A stretch of DNA of 64,000 nt from Acidimicrobiaceae bacterium (lineage in GTDB: Bacteria; Actinomycetota; Acidimicrobiia; Acidimicrobiales; RAAP-2): NCBI GenBank assembly GCA_003133405.1, contig PKXH01000093.1:5111-69110 (forward strand). The letters run 5' to 3'. The notes beneath the pieces were generated by a model, which worked only from the letters and a program-made list of their open reading frames with translations, was not told the DNA's origin and searched no databases. Every line of letters begins with the position of its first letter. Position 1 is the first letter of the stretch. Below, in pieces: positions 37,882-51,414 of the stretch. The position numbers and the translations under genes were made by a program.

Positions 37882-37926
37882 CCCATGCGTGTTAGCAGAC
37901 CTGGAACGTCGGGTTCTCAACACCAC
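37882..37926 (+). repeat. Array repeat R15 (isolated, diverged)
   Basis: CCCATGCGTGTTAGCAGACCTGGAACGTCGGGTTCTCAACACCAC, preceded by the T-loop-like TCAATCTCC. Confidence 0.6.
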
Positions 37927-38098
37927 AGATCGGCTGACAAGGTGCGGTCCGACTTCTTCCAATGTGATCAGAACCGGGTCCGTCGGCCGAGAAATCAACA
38001 TCAAGCACTCTTGGATTCGGAGACGGAGTCACAAGTAACCGTCGCAGTCGGCGCGAGTCCGACTGACGCACTCCCTCGAAGTTGGTTGCTAGCCTGCC

Positions 38099-38395
38099 GT
38101 GGTGCGATTCGACTTCCGGGGCGAGATTTGGTACTGGAGGGGACCGTCGCCATTTCACTTTGTCACCGTTCCGAAGGAGGAGAGTGAGGAACTACACGCG
38201 GTCTCGGCTCTCGTGTCGTACGGCTGGGGCGTGATCCCGGTATTAGCAAAGGTTGGTGGCACGGAGTGGGAGACGTCACTCTTTCCCAAGGATGGCGGCT
38301 ACCAGGTGCCGATCAAAGCCTCGGTGAGACGGAGCGAGGCGCTCGAACTCGGTGACACTGTTCGGATCGTTCTGACAGTCGGCGTCTCTACTTGA
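38099..38395 (+). CDS. DUF1905 domain protein
   Basis: FRGEIWYWRGPSPFHFVTVP...GWGVIPV...TSLFPKDGGY pattern. Confidence 0.7.
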   Translation: MVRFDFRGEIWYWRGPSPFHFVTVPKEESEELHAVSALVSYGWGVIPVLAKVGGTEWETSLFPKDGGYQVPIKASVRRSEALELGDTVRIVLTVGVST

Positions 38396-38399
38396 CGCA

Positions 38400-38744
38400 A
38401 TGCCCTCTAGATTTCGAGGTATGCCCGAGAGGATGACACACCGGCAGTTCCATGACGCTCACGGCGTGGAGGATTGGCGAGCGCTGGCCAACGGCGTGTG
38501 CGCGCGATTTCGCACTGGATCTTTCGCCAAGGGCGTCGAGCTCGTGGACGTAATCGGCGAATTGGCCGAGGCCGCGAATCACCACCCCGACGTCGACCTG
38601 CGTTTTTCGAGCGTCACCGTGCGGATGATGACTCACGACGTCGACGGGCTGAGCGAGCGCGACGTGGAATTGGCTCGCCAGATTTCGGTGGCCGCTCGAG
38701 CGCTCGGCGCCCCAGCCGACTCCGCCACCGAGCAGGACGTGTAA
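38400..38744 (+). CDS. 4a-hydroxytetrahydrobiopterin (pterin-4a-carbinolamine) dehydratase-like
   Basis: ANHHPDVDLRFSSVTVRMMTH core motif. Confidence 0.78.
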   Translation: MPSRFRGMPERMTHRQFHDAHGVEDWRALANGVCARFRTGSFAKGVELVDVIGELAEAANHHPDVDLRFSSVTVRMMTHDVDGLSERDVELARQISVAARALGAPADSATEQDV

Positions 38745-38935
38745 GTTTCGATTCATGCGCTCGGTTTCTTGAGTTCATCCGCGTCACGGATCTTGTTCTC
38801 GGTGATCCCAGTGGGTTGGTGGCGGAACATTGATTCGGGCGCTCCACGGTATTTCCTGCACATGGATCATGAACTCTGAGCGGACCTAGGGGCGCAGCGC
38901 TTGCGCGTGTCGATAGTGGCGTGCAACGATAAGGC

Positions 38936-39637
38936 ATGGAGATCATCCTCATCCCCGGATTTTGGCTCGACGCGTCGTCCTGGAGTGACGTCACGCCACT
39001 GCTCGAACACGCGGGGCACCGAGTACACGCATTAACGCTGCCGGGCCTCGAATCGCGCGACGCAACTCGTGACGGCATTGGGTTACGCGACCACGTCGAA
39101 GCGGTCGTTGAGATCGTCGACGAGAGTGAAGAGCCGGTAGTGCTCGTTGGGCACTCAGGGGGAGGGGCCATCGCGCACGCGGTGGCTGATGCCCGACCGG
39201 ACCGGGTCGCGCGCGTGGTGTACGTCGACTCCGGCCCCCTTGGCGACGGGGAATGTATCAACAATGAACTGCCCGGAAACGCCAAGGAGATCCCGCTCCC
39301 GCCCTGGTCGGAATTTGGCGAGGACGATCTGCTCGATCTCGACGATGGTTTGAGAGAGGCGTTCCGGGCGCGCGCCGTGCCCCAACCGACCGGTGTGGCC
39401 CGCGACCGACAGGTACTCTCGGATCCACGTCGTTACGACGTGCCGGCCACCATTATCGCGTGCGAGTACTCGAGCGGACAGTTACGCGAGTGGATCGTCC
39501 AAGGTCATGAGTACGTTGCGGAACTCGCGGCCCTGCACGACGTCGAGTACATCGATTTGCCCACTGGTCACTGGCCGCAGTTCACTAAGCCAACGCAATT
39601 GGCGAAGGCGATCTTGTTGGCGGTTGACCAGATTTGA
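38936..39637 (+). CDS. Alpha/beta hydrolase
   Basis: MEIILIPGFW...VLVGHSGGG nucleophile elbow...GHWPQF. Confidence 0.75.
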   Translation: MEIILIPGFWLDASSWSDVTPLLEHAGHRVHALTLPGLESRDATRDGIGLRDHVEAVVEIVDESEEPVVLVGHSGGGAIAHAVADARPDRVARVVYVDSGPLGDGECINNELPGNAKEIPLPPWSEFGEDDLLDLDDGLREAFRARAVPQPTGVARDRQVLSDPRRYDVPATIIACEYSSGQLREWIVQGHEYVAELAALHDVEYIDLPTGHWPQFTKPTQLAKAILLAVDQI

Positions 39638-39650
39638 TCGGACCTTGACG

Positions 39651-40190
39651 ATGAGCAACCTCGATGAGCACGGTCGTCCGGAACCTCCCCTCGCGGGCGA
39701 TGAATTCGCAACACTCGTGGGTTTTCTGGAGTACCAACGCGCGACGTTTGCATGGAAATGTGAAGGGCTGGACGCGACTGGTCTGAACGCGACCGTTGCT
39801 TCGTCGTCGATGACACTGGGCGGGATGCTCAAGCATCTGGCCCTCGTGGAGGACTACTGGTGCTCGCAGCGCCTACTCGGACACGACTCGCAGCTCCCTT
39901 GGGACGCAGTGGATTGGGACGCCGATCCCGACTGGGAATGGCACTCGGCGGTTTCGGATACTCCCGAGCAATTACGTACCCTCTGGCAAGGCGCGGTGGT
40001 CCGCTCTCGCTCCTCCGTGGAGGAGGCGCTCGCCGACGGTGGCCTGGCGCGGATGGCCCAACGTCCCTGGCCCGACGGTCGGACACCAAGCCTGCGCTGG
40101 ATCTTATGTCACCTGATCGAGGAGTACGCGCGACACAATGGCCACGCCGATCTCCTTCGTGAGTCAGTGGACGGGCTTAGGGGCGAGTAG
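39651..40190 (+). CDS. DinB/DUF664-family (mycothiol-transferase-like) protein
   Basis: ATG at 39651. The ORF-track start at 39393 overlaps the previous gene. C-terminal HLIEEYARHNGHADLLRE. Confidence 0.75.
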   Translation: MSNLDEHGRPEPPLAGDEFATLVGFLEYQRATFAWKCEGLDATGLNATVASSSMTLGGMLKHLALVEDYWCSQRLLGHDSQLPWDAVDWDADPDWEWHSAVSDTPEQLRTLWQGAVVRSRSSVEEALADGGLARMAQRPWPDGRTPSLRWILCHLIEEYARHNGHADLLRESVDGLRGE

Positions 40191-40227
40191 CGGCCAGAGC
40201 AAGTGGTGACGTTGTATGGCTCGAGAA

Positions 40228-40647
40228 TCACTCAAGGTTGGAAATTTGTTCAAGGCGAGTTGCGATGAGCTTTTTAACTAGGACCTTAGGCAGTGGCGCA
40301 CCAACTGGAAACTGGAGGGTTCCTCGGGACCACGAATACTGAGTGAGATCCTCTTTAAGAACTTCGAGCACGGATCCACTGTGGGGAAAGTAACTCAGAT
40401 GGTGCTTGTACGCCGCGAAGCCAGCGATTACCTTGCCCCGAAGCCAGAAGGCCGGAATGCCGTACGAGATGCCCTCTTCGGCTTCGGGAACGATGGCCAA
40501 AATAGTCTGACGCAGAATGGACAACGTCTCTCGCTGGAAGGCATCCAAAGTTGTGAGGTAGTCGTCGATCCCTTGCTTCGACAAGATTTGTTCCTCCACT
40601 TCTTTCGCGCAATCCCCATGACGGCGCTGAGAGCAGTCCGCACACAT
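40228..40647 (-). CDS. DUF1801 (YdhG-like) domain protein
   Basis: IDDYL...ILAIVPEAEEGISYGIPAF...YKHHLSYFP pattern. Start uncertain. Confidence 0.65.
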   Translation of the reverse strand: MCADCSQRRHGDCAKEVEEQILSKQGIDDYLTTLDAFQRETLSILRQTILAIVPEAEEGISYGIPAFWLRGKVIAGFAAYKHHLSYFPHSGSVLEVLKEDLTQYSWSRGTLQFPVGAPLPKVLVKKLIATRLEQISNLE

Positions 40648-40732
40648 TAGGCGAGAACCGTTTCGTCTCGCTGGTCAATATTTAACCAGCACGCTGTTCA
40701 TTGGGCAACGTGGCCTGAGCGTCAAGCACGGC

Positions 40733-41179
40733 TCACGCGCGAACGAGTTCCACCACTGGAATGATTCGGGTGGTCTTGGCTTGGTACTCCGCAAACCCTG
40801 GGTACCGTTCGGCCTGGATGGCGTAAATTCGGTCGTGTTCATCGCCAGTTACCACATTGGCAGTTGCGTTGACCTTCTCCTCGCCTATCTCGATCGTAAC
40901 CAGGGGATCGGCGACGAGATTGTAGAACCAGTCGGGGTTCGTGTCGGCGCCGGCCTTTGAGGCAAAGACATATATTTTGCCGTCATCGTTCAAATACATC
41001 ATCGGATTGATTCGTTTCGCCCGCGAGCGGGCCCCGGTGGTGTGAAGGAGTAAGACTGGAGCTCCTTCAAAATTTCCACCCACCTTGCCCGTGTTGGCCC
41101 GAAACTCGGCGATGATGGTCGCGTTCCACGCGTTGGTGGCATCCGCCGCGCTCTGTTGTGACGAATCGTTATCACTCAC
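40733..41179 (-). CDS. Deazaflavin (F420)-dependent nitroreductase-family oxidoreductase (FDOR-A/DUF385)
   Basis: LLLHTTGARSRAKRINPMMY...TNPDWFYNL...IPVVEL pattern. Confidence 0.8.
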   Translation of the reverse strand: MSDNDSSQQSAADATNAWNATIIAEFRANTGKVGGNFEGAPVLLLHTTGARSRAKRINPMMYLNDDGKIYVFASKAGADTNPDWFYNLVADPLVTIEIGEEKVNATANVVTGDEHDRIYAIQAERYPGFAEYQAKTTRIIPVVELVRA

Positions 41180-41282
41180 GATGGCCCTCCTCTGTTCATG
41201 TCGTGCTCTCGTAGATTAACGACCAATTTTGAAAGACGGACCGGAAGATAGACTCGACCCAATTACTAGAAGAGGGGGCCCT

Positions 41283-41603
41283 ATGTCCAAATACTTACTC
41301 GAAATCAGGTACACCTTGGAAGGTGTCAAAGGAGTAAAGGCAAAGGGTGGCTCTGCACGCGTGGCGGCGGCCACCGAGTTGATCGAGGGCGTCGGTGGAA
41401 AGATCGAGTCCTTCTACTTCGCCTTCGGTGGCACCGACGCATTCGTCATCGCGGAACTGCCCGATGACGTCAGCGCGGTGGCGGCCGCGCTGACCGTGGG
41501 CGCCGGCGGCGGCGCCACAACCCGCACTATGTCGCTCTTGACGCCAGCGCAGGTGGACGCGGCCGCAAATATGAGCGTGAAGTACCGCCCGCCCGGCAGT
41601 TGA
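41283..41603 (+). CDS. GYD domain protein
   Basis: MSKYLLEIRYTLEGVKGV...GGTDAFVIAELPDD. ATG at 41283. Confidence 0.75.
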   Translation: MSKYLLEIRYTLEGVKGVKAKGGSARVAAATELIEGVGGKIESFYFAFGGTDAFVIAELPDDVSAVAAALTVGAGGGATTRTMSLLTPAQVDAAANMSVKYRPPGS

Positions 41604-41763
41604 GCGAACTTTAGATCGCAGAACTTCGTAGAGACCGGCGCCAGATAACGCTCGCGGGACGTGGCGCCCGTCATTTTCTCGAGCCAACTTCGTGTGAAAG
41701 GTCGACCCGGTTTGGTGGTCGGCTTTCACGACCTTTGTTACTACGATTAAGTCGAGGTGTTAC

Positions 41764-42565
41764 GTGTCCCAACTGCTCTTTACGGCTTTTAGTAACCGCG
41801 ACGACGCGATCAAACTCGCCCGCGACGTGGGGGAGCGATTGGCGAGTGAAGGCATTGGCTCGACGCTCCATCTCTTGGACTCCTCGGAGCCGCCCGCGCT
41901 GGACGCCTCGACGCTGGTCGTCAGCTTGGGCGGCGACGGAACCTTTCTCAGAGCAGCTCGGCTCGCCCACGCAGTCGGGGCCCGGGTGGTGGCGGTCAAC
42001 TTGGGTCAGTTGGGGTTCCTTTTAAATGTGCCGTCCACCGAAATCGCCGAGAATGTGAAGGGAGCCCTAGAAAACAACTTTGTTTCCGAGCGTCTGGCCC
42101 TGGAGATTTCATTCTCGGGTTCGAACGTGAGTGAGTTCGCGCTCAACGAAGTAGTCGTGGAGCGAGCCAGCGCGGGCCATATGGTCAAAGTGAAGACGTA
42201 TGTTGACGAAGAGGAGTATCTGACTTATACGGCTGACGGCGTCATGGTCGCCACGCCCACCGGGAGTACCGGCTACAACTTCTCGGCCGGTGGCCCCGTA
42301 GTGGACACCTCGCTTTCACTCATGATCCTCACCCCAATCGCACCGCACTTCACGATTGATCGGTCGATTGTGGTCCCCGATAACAAAGTGATTCGACTCG
42401 TCGTGATTGACAAGCCCGCGGTGTTGGTGGCCGACGGCCGGTCGATTGGACCCTTAGCGCCGGACCAGTTTGTCGAAGTTCGCCAGAATCCCTCGCCGGT
42501 GCACGTCGTCGCCACGCGCAGCTTTGATCTCGCGACCCGACTTCGTCGCAGTCTTCGAGAGGGTC

Positions 42566-42573
<8 letters not shown>
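41764..42573 (+). CDS. nadK: NAD kinase
   Basis: GGDGTFLRAAR and NLGQLGFL motifs. Conserved nadK-recN pair. Confidence 0.9.
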
Positions 42574-46388
<3,815 letters not shown>

Positions 46389-46414
<26 letters not shown>

Positions 46415-47306
46415 ACAACTCCTTGAGGAGTATTTGCAGTGGCTAACCATCGAGAAAGGTCGTAGTCGCGCCACCGTCGAAGCTTATAAACGCGACCTTC
46501 TAGCCCTCGAACGCTGGCTGGACGAACATCGCATCGAGCTCACGCTGCTCTCCGAAGAGGATTTGGAGCGCTACTTCAACGAGGCGCGAGGGGCCAAGCG
46601 CGCACCCAGCACGGTAGCGCGCGCCGTCGCGTCGGTTCGGGGATGGTTCGCCTATCTCGTAGACGAGGGATACCTGGGCTTGGACCCCAGTGCGCGCCTA
46701 AAGGGCGGACGCCGGGGGAGGACCTTACCTAAGCCACTCGCCGAGAAGGAGGTCATCAGGCTGTTGGATTCGATTCCCGCTGCTTCGGGCGTCGACTTGC
46801 GCGATCGTGCCCTGCTCGAACTCCTGTACGACACCGGCGCGCGCGTCAGCGAGGTCGTCGGCGTGGAGCTCTCGGACCTCGACTTCGACGAGGAACTCAT
46901 TCTCGTGACGGGCAAAGGCGCCAAGCAGCGCCTCGTTCCTATTGGCGCCACCCTCACTCGAGCCCTGCGGGCGTACCTGGAACCATCGGGACGCGCCGCT
47001 CTCCTGAGGTCAAAGAAAAGCTCGAGGGTGTTCTTGAATGCGCGTGGCGGACCGTTGACCCGCCAAGGCGTCGATCTCATCATTCACAAGCGTGCTCTGG
47101 CGGTGGGCATCCAGCGAAGTCGAATCAGCGCGCACGTTTTCCGCCATAGTTGTGCGACGCATATGCTCGCTCACGGAGCTGACATTAGAGTGGTGCAAGA
47201 ACTCTTGGGGCACGTCTCCATCGCCACCACTCAGCTCTACACCGCGGTGTCGGTCACGACTTTGCAGCGCGAATATCACCACGCTCACCCTCGAGCCCAC
47301 GACTAA
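46389..47306 (+). CDS. xerD: Site-specific tyrosine recombinase XerD (housekeeping context)
   Basis: C-terminal catalytic region HVFRHSCATHMLAHGADIRVVQELLGHVSIATTQLYT. Core synteny. Confidence 0.88.
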
Positions 47307-47319
47307 AAGGCAGTGACGC

Positions 47320-47934
47320 ATGTTTTTATGGCTGTTCTTCATCACCTTGATTCCCTCGGTCGTTCTACACGAGGTGAGTCACGGTTACGTGGCCTACCTC
47401 TTTGGTGATCCCACTGCGAAAGAGCAGCACCGCTTGACCCTCAATCCCCTTCGCCACATCGACCCCTTCGGCACGATTCTGATGCCGGCGATGTTGCTAT
47501 TGGCGGGCCTGCCGGCCTTTGGCTACGCCAAGCCCGTGCCGGTGAATCTTGGGCGCCTTCGCAAGCCCCGCAAGCAGGCCCTGTGGGTCGCCCTCGCTGG
47601 CCCGGCAGTCAATATTGTGCTCTCGGGGGTGGGCTTCGCCATCTGTGAGTACGCGATCCACGTGTCCAAAAGCCAAGGCGAGCTCAACTTCGGCGAGGCC
47701 CTTGGACTGGTCAATCTGATCCTGGCCGTCTTTAACCTCCTGCCAATCCCGCCCCTCGACGGATCAGCGATCATCGAGCGCTTCATCCCTATGCGCCACC
47801 TGCCTCGCTACTACCACTTTCGCGCGAGGGCGTTACCGTTCTTTTTCATCTTCATCATCATCGATTTCAGCTTCTTGCACATCGGCACGAATCTCCTGCC
47901 GAACCTTGAGAACTGGTGGTTGAGCCGGCTCTAG
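47320..47934 (+). CDS. Site-2 protease family (M50) membrane metalloprotease
   Basis: HEVSHG zinc motif in the first TM region. Multiple TM helices. Confidence 0.75.
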   Translation: MFLWLFFITLIPSVVLHEVSHGYVAYLFGDPTAKEQHRLTLNPLRHIDPFGTILMPAMLLLAGLPAFGYAKPVPVNLGRLRKPRKQALWVALAGPAVNIVLSGVGFAICEYAIHVSKSQGELNFGEALGLVNLILAVFNLLPIPPLDGSAIIERFIPMRHLPRYYHFRARALPFFFIFIIIDFSFLHIGTNLLPNLENWWLSRL

Positions 47935-48899
47935 GCCAGGCCCATGGCCGCGGCGGCCCGTCGATACATCACGCCCGCCACGGCGGCGGCCTTTTCGGCG
48001 CCCCGCGAGGCCATGCGATGTAACTCCTCGGGCGACGCCAATAACTCGTCGTGGCGTCGCTTCATCGGGGCCAACACCTCTATGACCAGCGCCGCCAGGT
48101 CGTTTTTCAATTCGCCGTAGCGCGTGTAGTGACCGGCGACCTGCTCGGGCGTTTCGCCATTCAGACTTGCGAAGATCTCGAGCAAGTTCGACACGCCGGG
48201 CTTCGTTGACCAATCGAAGCGAACCTCGTCGTCGTTATCGGTGACGGCCTTGGCGATCTTCCTTTCGATCTCTCCAGGACTGTCGAACATGTTGAGTTTG
48301 CCCAGGGGACTGGAGACCGACTTAGACATCTTGCGCGTGGGCTCTTGTAAGTCCATGACGCGCGCGGCGACCTTGGGCTGAGTGCCTACCGGCACGCGAA
48401 AGGTTTCGCCGAAGCGGTGATTGAACTTCTCGGCCACGTCGCGCGTGAGTTCTAAGTGCTGGCGTTGGTCGTCACCCACCGGCACTTCTTCGGTCTCGTA
48501 GAGCAAGATGTCGGCCGCCATCAACACCGGATAGGTCAACAACCCGACGCGATACCCCTCTTGACGTTGGGACTTCTCCTTAAAAGCCACCATTCGCGAC
48601 AACTCGCCGTAGGTCGACACGCACTCCAAGAGCCAGTTCAACTGAGCGTGGTAGGGGACCTGGCTCTGAATGAAGATCGTGCAGACTTCTGGGTCCAGGC
48701 CCGAGGCCATGAGTGTCGCGAGTAGATCGATGGTCTGTGCGCGCAAGGCGTCGGGCGAGATCTCCAAGGTCAAGGCGTGTAGGTCGACAACGCAGTAGAA
48801 AGCGTCGGAACTCTGGGCGTCGACCCACTGGCGAACCGCGCCCAGGTAGTTACCGAGGTGCAGTGGACCCGAGGGCTGAATTCCCGAAAAGACTCTCAT
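47931..48899 (-). CDS. trpS: Tryptophan--tRNA ligase
   Basis: MRVFSGIQPSGPLHLGNYLGA (HIGH) and KMSKS motifs. The ORF-track extension to 49265 is a spurious N-terminal extension. Confidence 0.92.
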   Translation of the reverse strand: MRVFSGIQPSGPLHLGNYLGAVRQWVDAQSSDAFYCVVDLHALTLEISPDALRAQTIDLLATLMASGLDPEVCTIFIQSQVPYHAQLNWLLECVSTYGELSRMVAFKEKSQRQEGYRVGLLTYPVLMAADILLYETEEVPVGDDQRQHLELTRDVAEKFNHRFGETFRVPVGTQPKVAARVMDLQEPTRKMSKSVSSPLGKLNMFDSPGEIERKIAKAVTDNDDEVRFDWSTKPGVSNLLEIFASLNGETPEQVAGHYTRYGELKNDLAALVIEVLAPMKRRHDELLASPEELHRMASRGAEKAAAVAGVMYRRAAAAMGLA

Positions 48900-48951
48900 T
48901 GTCCAATCGTAGATGAGAGGCTCTCGTGATCTCTCGAAGTAGGATCGGCCA

Positions 48952-49728
48952 GTGACCTTCGTCGTGACGACGCCGTCCTTTAGCGGCCCGGTAGAACTCC
49001 TGCTGCAGCTAATTTCCAGTAACGAACTCGACATCCTCGACGTACCCCTCGCGCCGCTGGTTGACGCCTTTGTCGCGGTCATGCGCGACGAGTCGACGAC
49101 CTTAGAGATGGACGACCTCTCGGAGTTCCTCTTGATTGGCGCCGTTTTGTTGGAGATGAAGAGCCGACAGCTCTTGCCTGGACGCGACGTCGGAGAGCTA
49201 GACGAGGAGTTCGTTGGTTGGGAAGAACGCGACGTCTTGTTGGCGAGACTATTGGAGTTACGCACCTACGTGGCCCTGGCCGACGCCTTCATCTCGCTCT
49301 TTGAACGGGCCAGTCGTGCCTACCCGCGCCTGAGCGGCGTGAACGAAGGCTTTTGGGTTCAACCGCCCGACTTGCTGGCGGGCGTGACGACGGCGCACCT
49401 CGCCCTCGCGTACCTGCGCGGTATCGAGGAGAAACCGCGGTTGGTGCTGCGGCTGCACCACGTCACGGTGGACGCGGTCACGGTGGCCGAAACGGTCGCC
49501 GCACTGGCCCAGCGCCTGCCGGCAATGGGTCGGCTGTCCTTTCGCCAATTGACCGAGGGGCTCTCGACACGAATCGAGATCATCGTGCACTTCTTGGCTC
49601 TCTTGGAGTTGTGCAAACTAGGTCACGTGGAACTAGGTCAAGGGAAAACGTTTGGTGACGTGCAGATTCAATGGATCGAGTCGCCCTTGGGACTCGATAT
49701 CGGTGAGGTGGACAGTTATGAGGGATGA
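48952..49728 (+). CDS. scpA: Segregation and condensation protein A
   Basis: FSGPVELLLQLISSNELDILDVPLA N-terminus. Followed by scpB. Confidence 0.85.
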   Translation: MTFVVTTPSFSGPVELLLQLISSNELDILDVPLAPLVDAFVAVMRDESTTLEMDDLSEFLLIGAVLLEMKSRQLLPGRDVGELDEEFVGWEERDVLLARLLELRTYVALADAFISLFERASRAYPRLSGVNEGFWVQPPDLLAGVTTAHLALAYLRGIEEKPRLVLRLHHVTVDAVTVAETVAALAQRLPAMGRLSFRQLTEGLSTRIEIIVHFLALLELCKLGHVELGQGKTFGDVQIQWIESPLGLDIGEVDSYEG

Positions 49729-50305
49729 GTACTCGCTCGAACAAAAGCTCGAAGCCATGCTGACCGTGGCGTTAGAGCCGATCTCGGCCGAAGAATTGGC
49801 CGACGTCGTGGAGAGTGACGTCGACGTGGTGACGGTGTCGCTGCGCGCCCTACACCAGGAGTTCTTGACCCAGCGTCGAGGCTTTCAAGTCGTGGAGTTG
49901 GCCAGTGGCTGGGTCATGCAGTCCTCCCCGGACGTGGCGACGTGGGTGACTAAATTTGCGAACCGCGACATATCGCACCGACTCAGCTCGGCCGCGCTCG
50001 AGTCGCTCGCGATCATCGCCTATCGTCAGCCCGTCTCGCGCGCGCAAATCACCGCCCTTCGTGGGGTCAATGTGGATGGCGTGGTTCGCCTGTTGGAGCA
50101 GCGCGGCTACATCGAAGAGCTCGGTCGAGCTCCGGGACCGGGCCAGCCGATTCTCTATGGCACGACCGAACTCTTCTTGGATCGTATGGGGCTCGCCGCA
50201 CTGAGCGAGCTGCCGCCGATCGAAGAGTTCATGCCCCCTGTCGAGACCGCCCATGAGCTCGCAGACGAGATGGCTGGTCAGTTCGACGTGACGGAGGTGA
50301 ACTAG
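49718..50305 (+). CDS. scpB: Segregation and condensation protein B
   Basis: LEAMLTVALEPISAEELA...SSAALESLAIIAYRQPVSRAQI. ATG at 49718 overlaps the scpA stop. Confidence 0.85.
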   Translation: MRDEYSLEQKLEAMLTVALEPISAEELADVVESDVDVVTVSLRALHQEFLTQRRGFQVVELASGWVMQSSPDVATWVTKFANRDISHRLSSAALESLAIIAYRQPVSRAQITALRGVNVDGVVRLLEQRGYIEELGRAPGPGQPILYGTTELFLDRMGLAALSELPPIEEFMPPVETAHELADEMAGQFDVTEVN

Positions 50306-51046
50306 TTGAATGAAGGCGAGCGCCTACAAAAGACGCTGGCACGGGCGGGTTACGGCTCTCGTCGAGCGTGTGAGGTCTTGATCGTCGAAGGTCGAGTTAC
50401 CGTCGACGGCGTCGTGGCCGAACTCGGCAACCGGGTGGATCCCGACGTGCAACTCATCTGCGTTGACGGCAATCTTGCCCCGACGTCCCAGGGCAAGGTC
50501 TACTACCTCTTGAACAAACCCGACGGCGTGGTCACGACCGCCTTTGATCCACAAGGTCGTACCACGGTGCTCGACCTCGTGGAGTCCCCGGTGCGGATTT
50601 TTCCAGTAGGACGTCTGGACATGAACACTGAGGGGCTCTTGATCTTGACGAACGACGGTCGATTGGCTCATCTCCTCACCCACCCCAGTTCAGGGATCGC
50701 CAAGGAGTATCTTGCGCGAGTGGAAGGTGATCCCTCGCCGGGGGCGTTGAGGCGATTGCGCGAGGGCGTCAAACTCGACGACGGGGTCACCGCGCCGGCT
50801 CAGGTCTCGCGCGTGAGTGAGGGGCTCATCCGCATCGTCATTCACGAGGGGCGAAACCGTCAAGTTCGTCGAATGTGCGCGGCGGTCGGCCACGAGGTGA
50901 CCCGACTGGTCCGAACTCGCGTGGGACCGCTGCACGACGCGACGCTGTCGCCCGGAGCGTCTCGCCAGCTCTCCTTGAGTGAAGTACGCCGATTGATGGA
51001 GGCCGTGGGGATGACCGAGGAACTGGCCTCTACGATGCCATCATGA
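50306..51046 (+). CDS. rluB: 23S rRNA pseudouridine synthase (RluB/RsuA family)
   Basis: S4 domain RLQKTLARAGYGSRR. Catalytic VGRLDMNTEGLLILTNDG. Confidence 0.85.
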   Translation: MNEGERLQKTLARAGYGSRRACEVLIVEGRVTVDGVVAELGNRVDPDVQLICVDGNLAPTSQGKVYYLLNKPDGVVTTAFDPQGRTTVLDLVESPVRIFPVGRLDMNTEGLLILTNDGRLAHLLTHPSSGIAKEYLARVEGDPSPGALRRLREGVKLDDGVTAPAQVSRVSEGLIRIVIHEGRNRQVRRMCAAVGHEVTRLVRTRVGPLHDATLSPGASRQLSLSEVRRLMEAVGMTEELASTMPS

Positions 51047-51414
51047 GTACGGCCATGGTTCGAGGTATGCGCGGTGCCTCGACGTGCGCCGTGAACACGG
51101 CGAGCGAGATCACCGTCGTTACCCAAGAGTTGCTGCTCGCGATGCTCGAAGAGAACGGGATTGACCACGACGAAGTGGTCAGTGTGCTCTTCACCACGAC
51201 TCCCGATCTCAACGCGATGTTTCCAGCGACGGCGGCGAGGGGCATCGGCTTTGGCGACGTACCACTCTTGTGTGCCAGCGAGATCAACGTGCCCGGCGCC
51301 ATGCCCCTGACGGTGAGGGTGCTAATGCTCGCCTACACCACTCGCTCGCGTGACGAACTACGCCACGTGTATCTTCGAAACGCCCCGTCTTTGCGCGATG
51401 ATCTCCCCGATTAG
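51043..51414 (+). CDS. aroH: Chorismate mutase, AroH class
   Basis: RGMRGASTCAVNT signature. About 120 aa. Confidence 0.85.
   Translation: MSTAMVRGMRGASTCAVNTASEITVVTQELLLAMLEENGIDHDEVVSVLFTTTPDLNAMFPATAARGIGFGDVPLLCASEINVPGAMPLTVRVLMLAYTTRSRDELRHVYLRNAPSLRDDLPD

Noticed and set aside
41604-41763. Array repeat or terminator at the right border of the variable region (GGCGCCAGATAACGCTCGCGGGACGTGGCGCC)
   Set aside because: It shares only CGCCAG with the repeat. The hairpin has a 20-nt loop and a poor T tract. This is not enough to call either feature, so the right boundary of the island remains undefined, somewhere between 37.9 and 41.7 kb.
48900-49265. N-terminal extensions in the ORF track (trpS to 49265, DinB from 39393, recN from 42470, gap from 2921, pyrG from 44187, trpD to 61952, scpB from 49652, tyrA from 51350)
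   Set aside because: The extensions overlap upstream genes, are low-complexity, and are followed by internal starts that give canonical N-termini (for example [27 protein letters not shown]).
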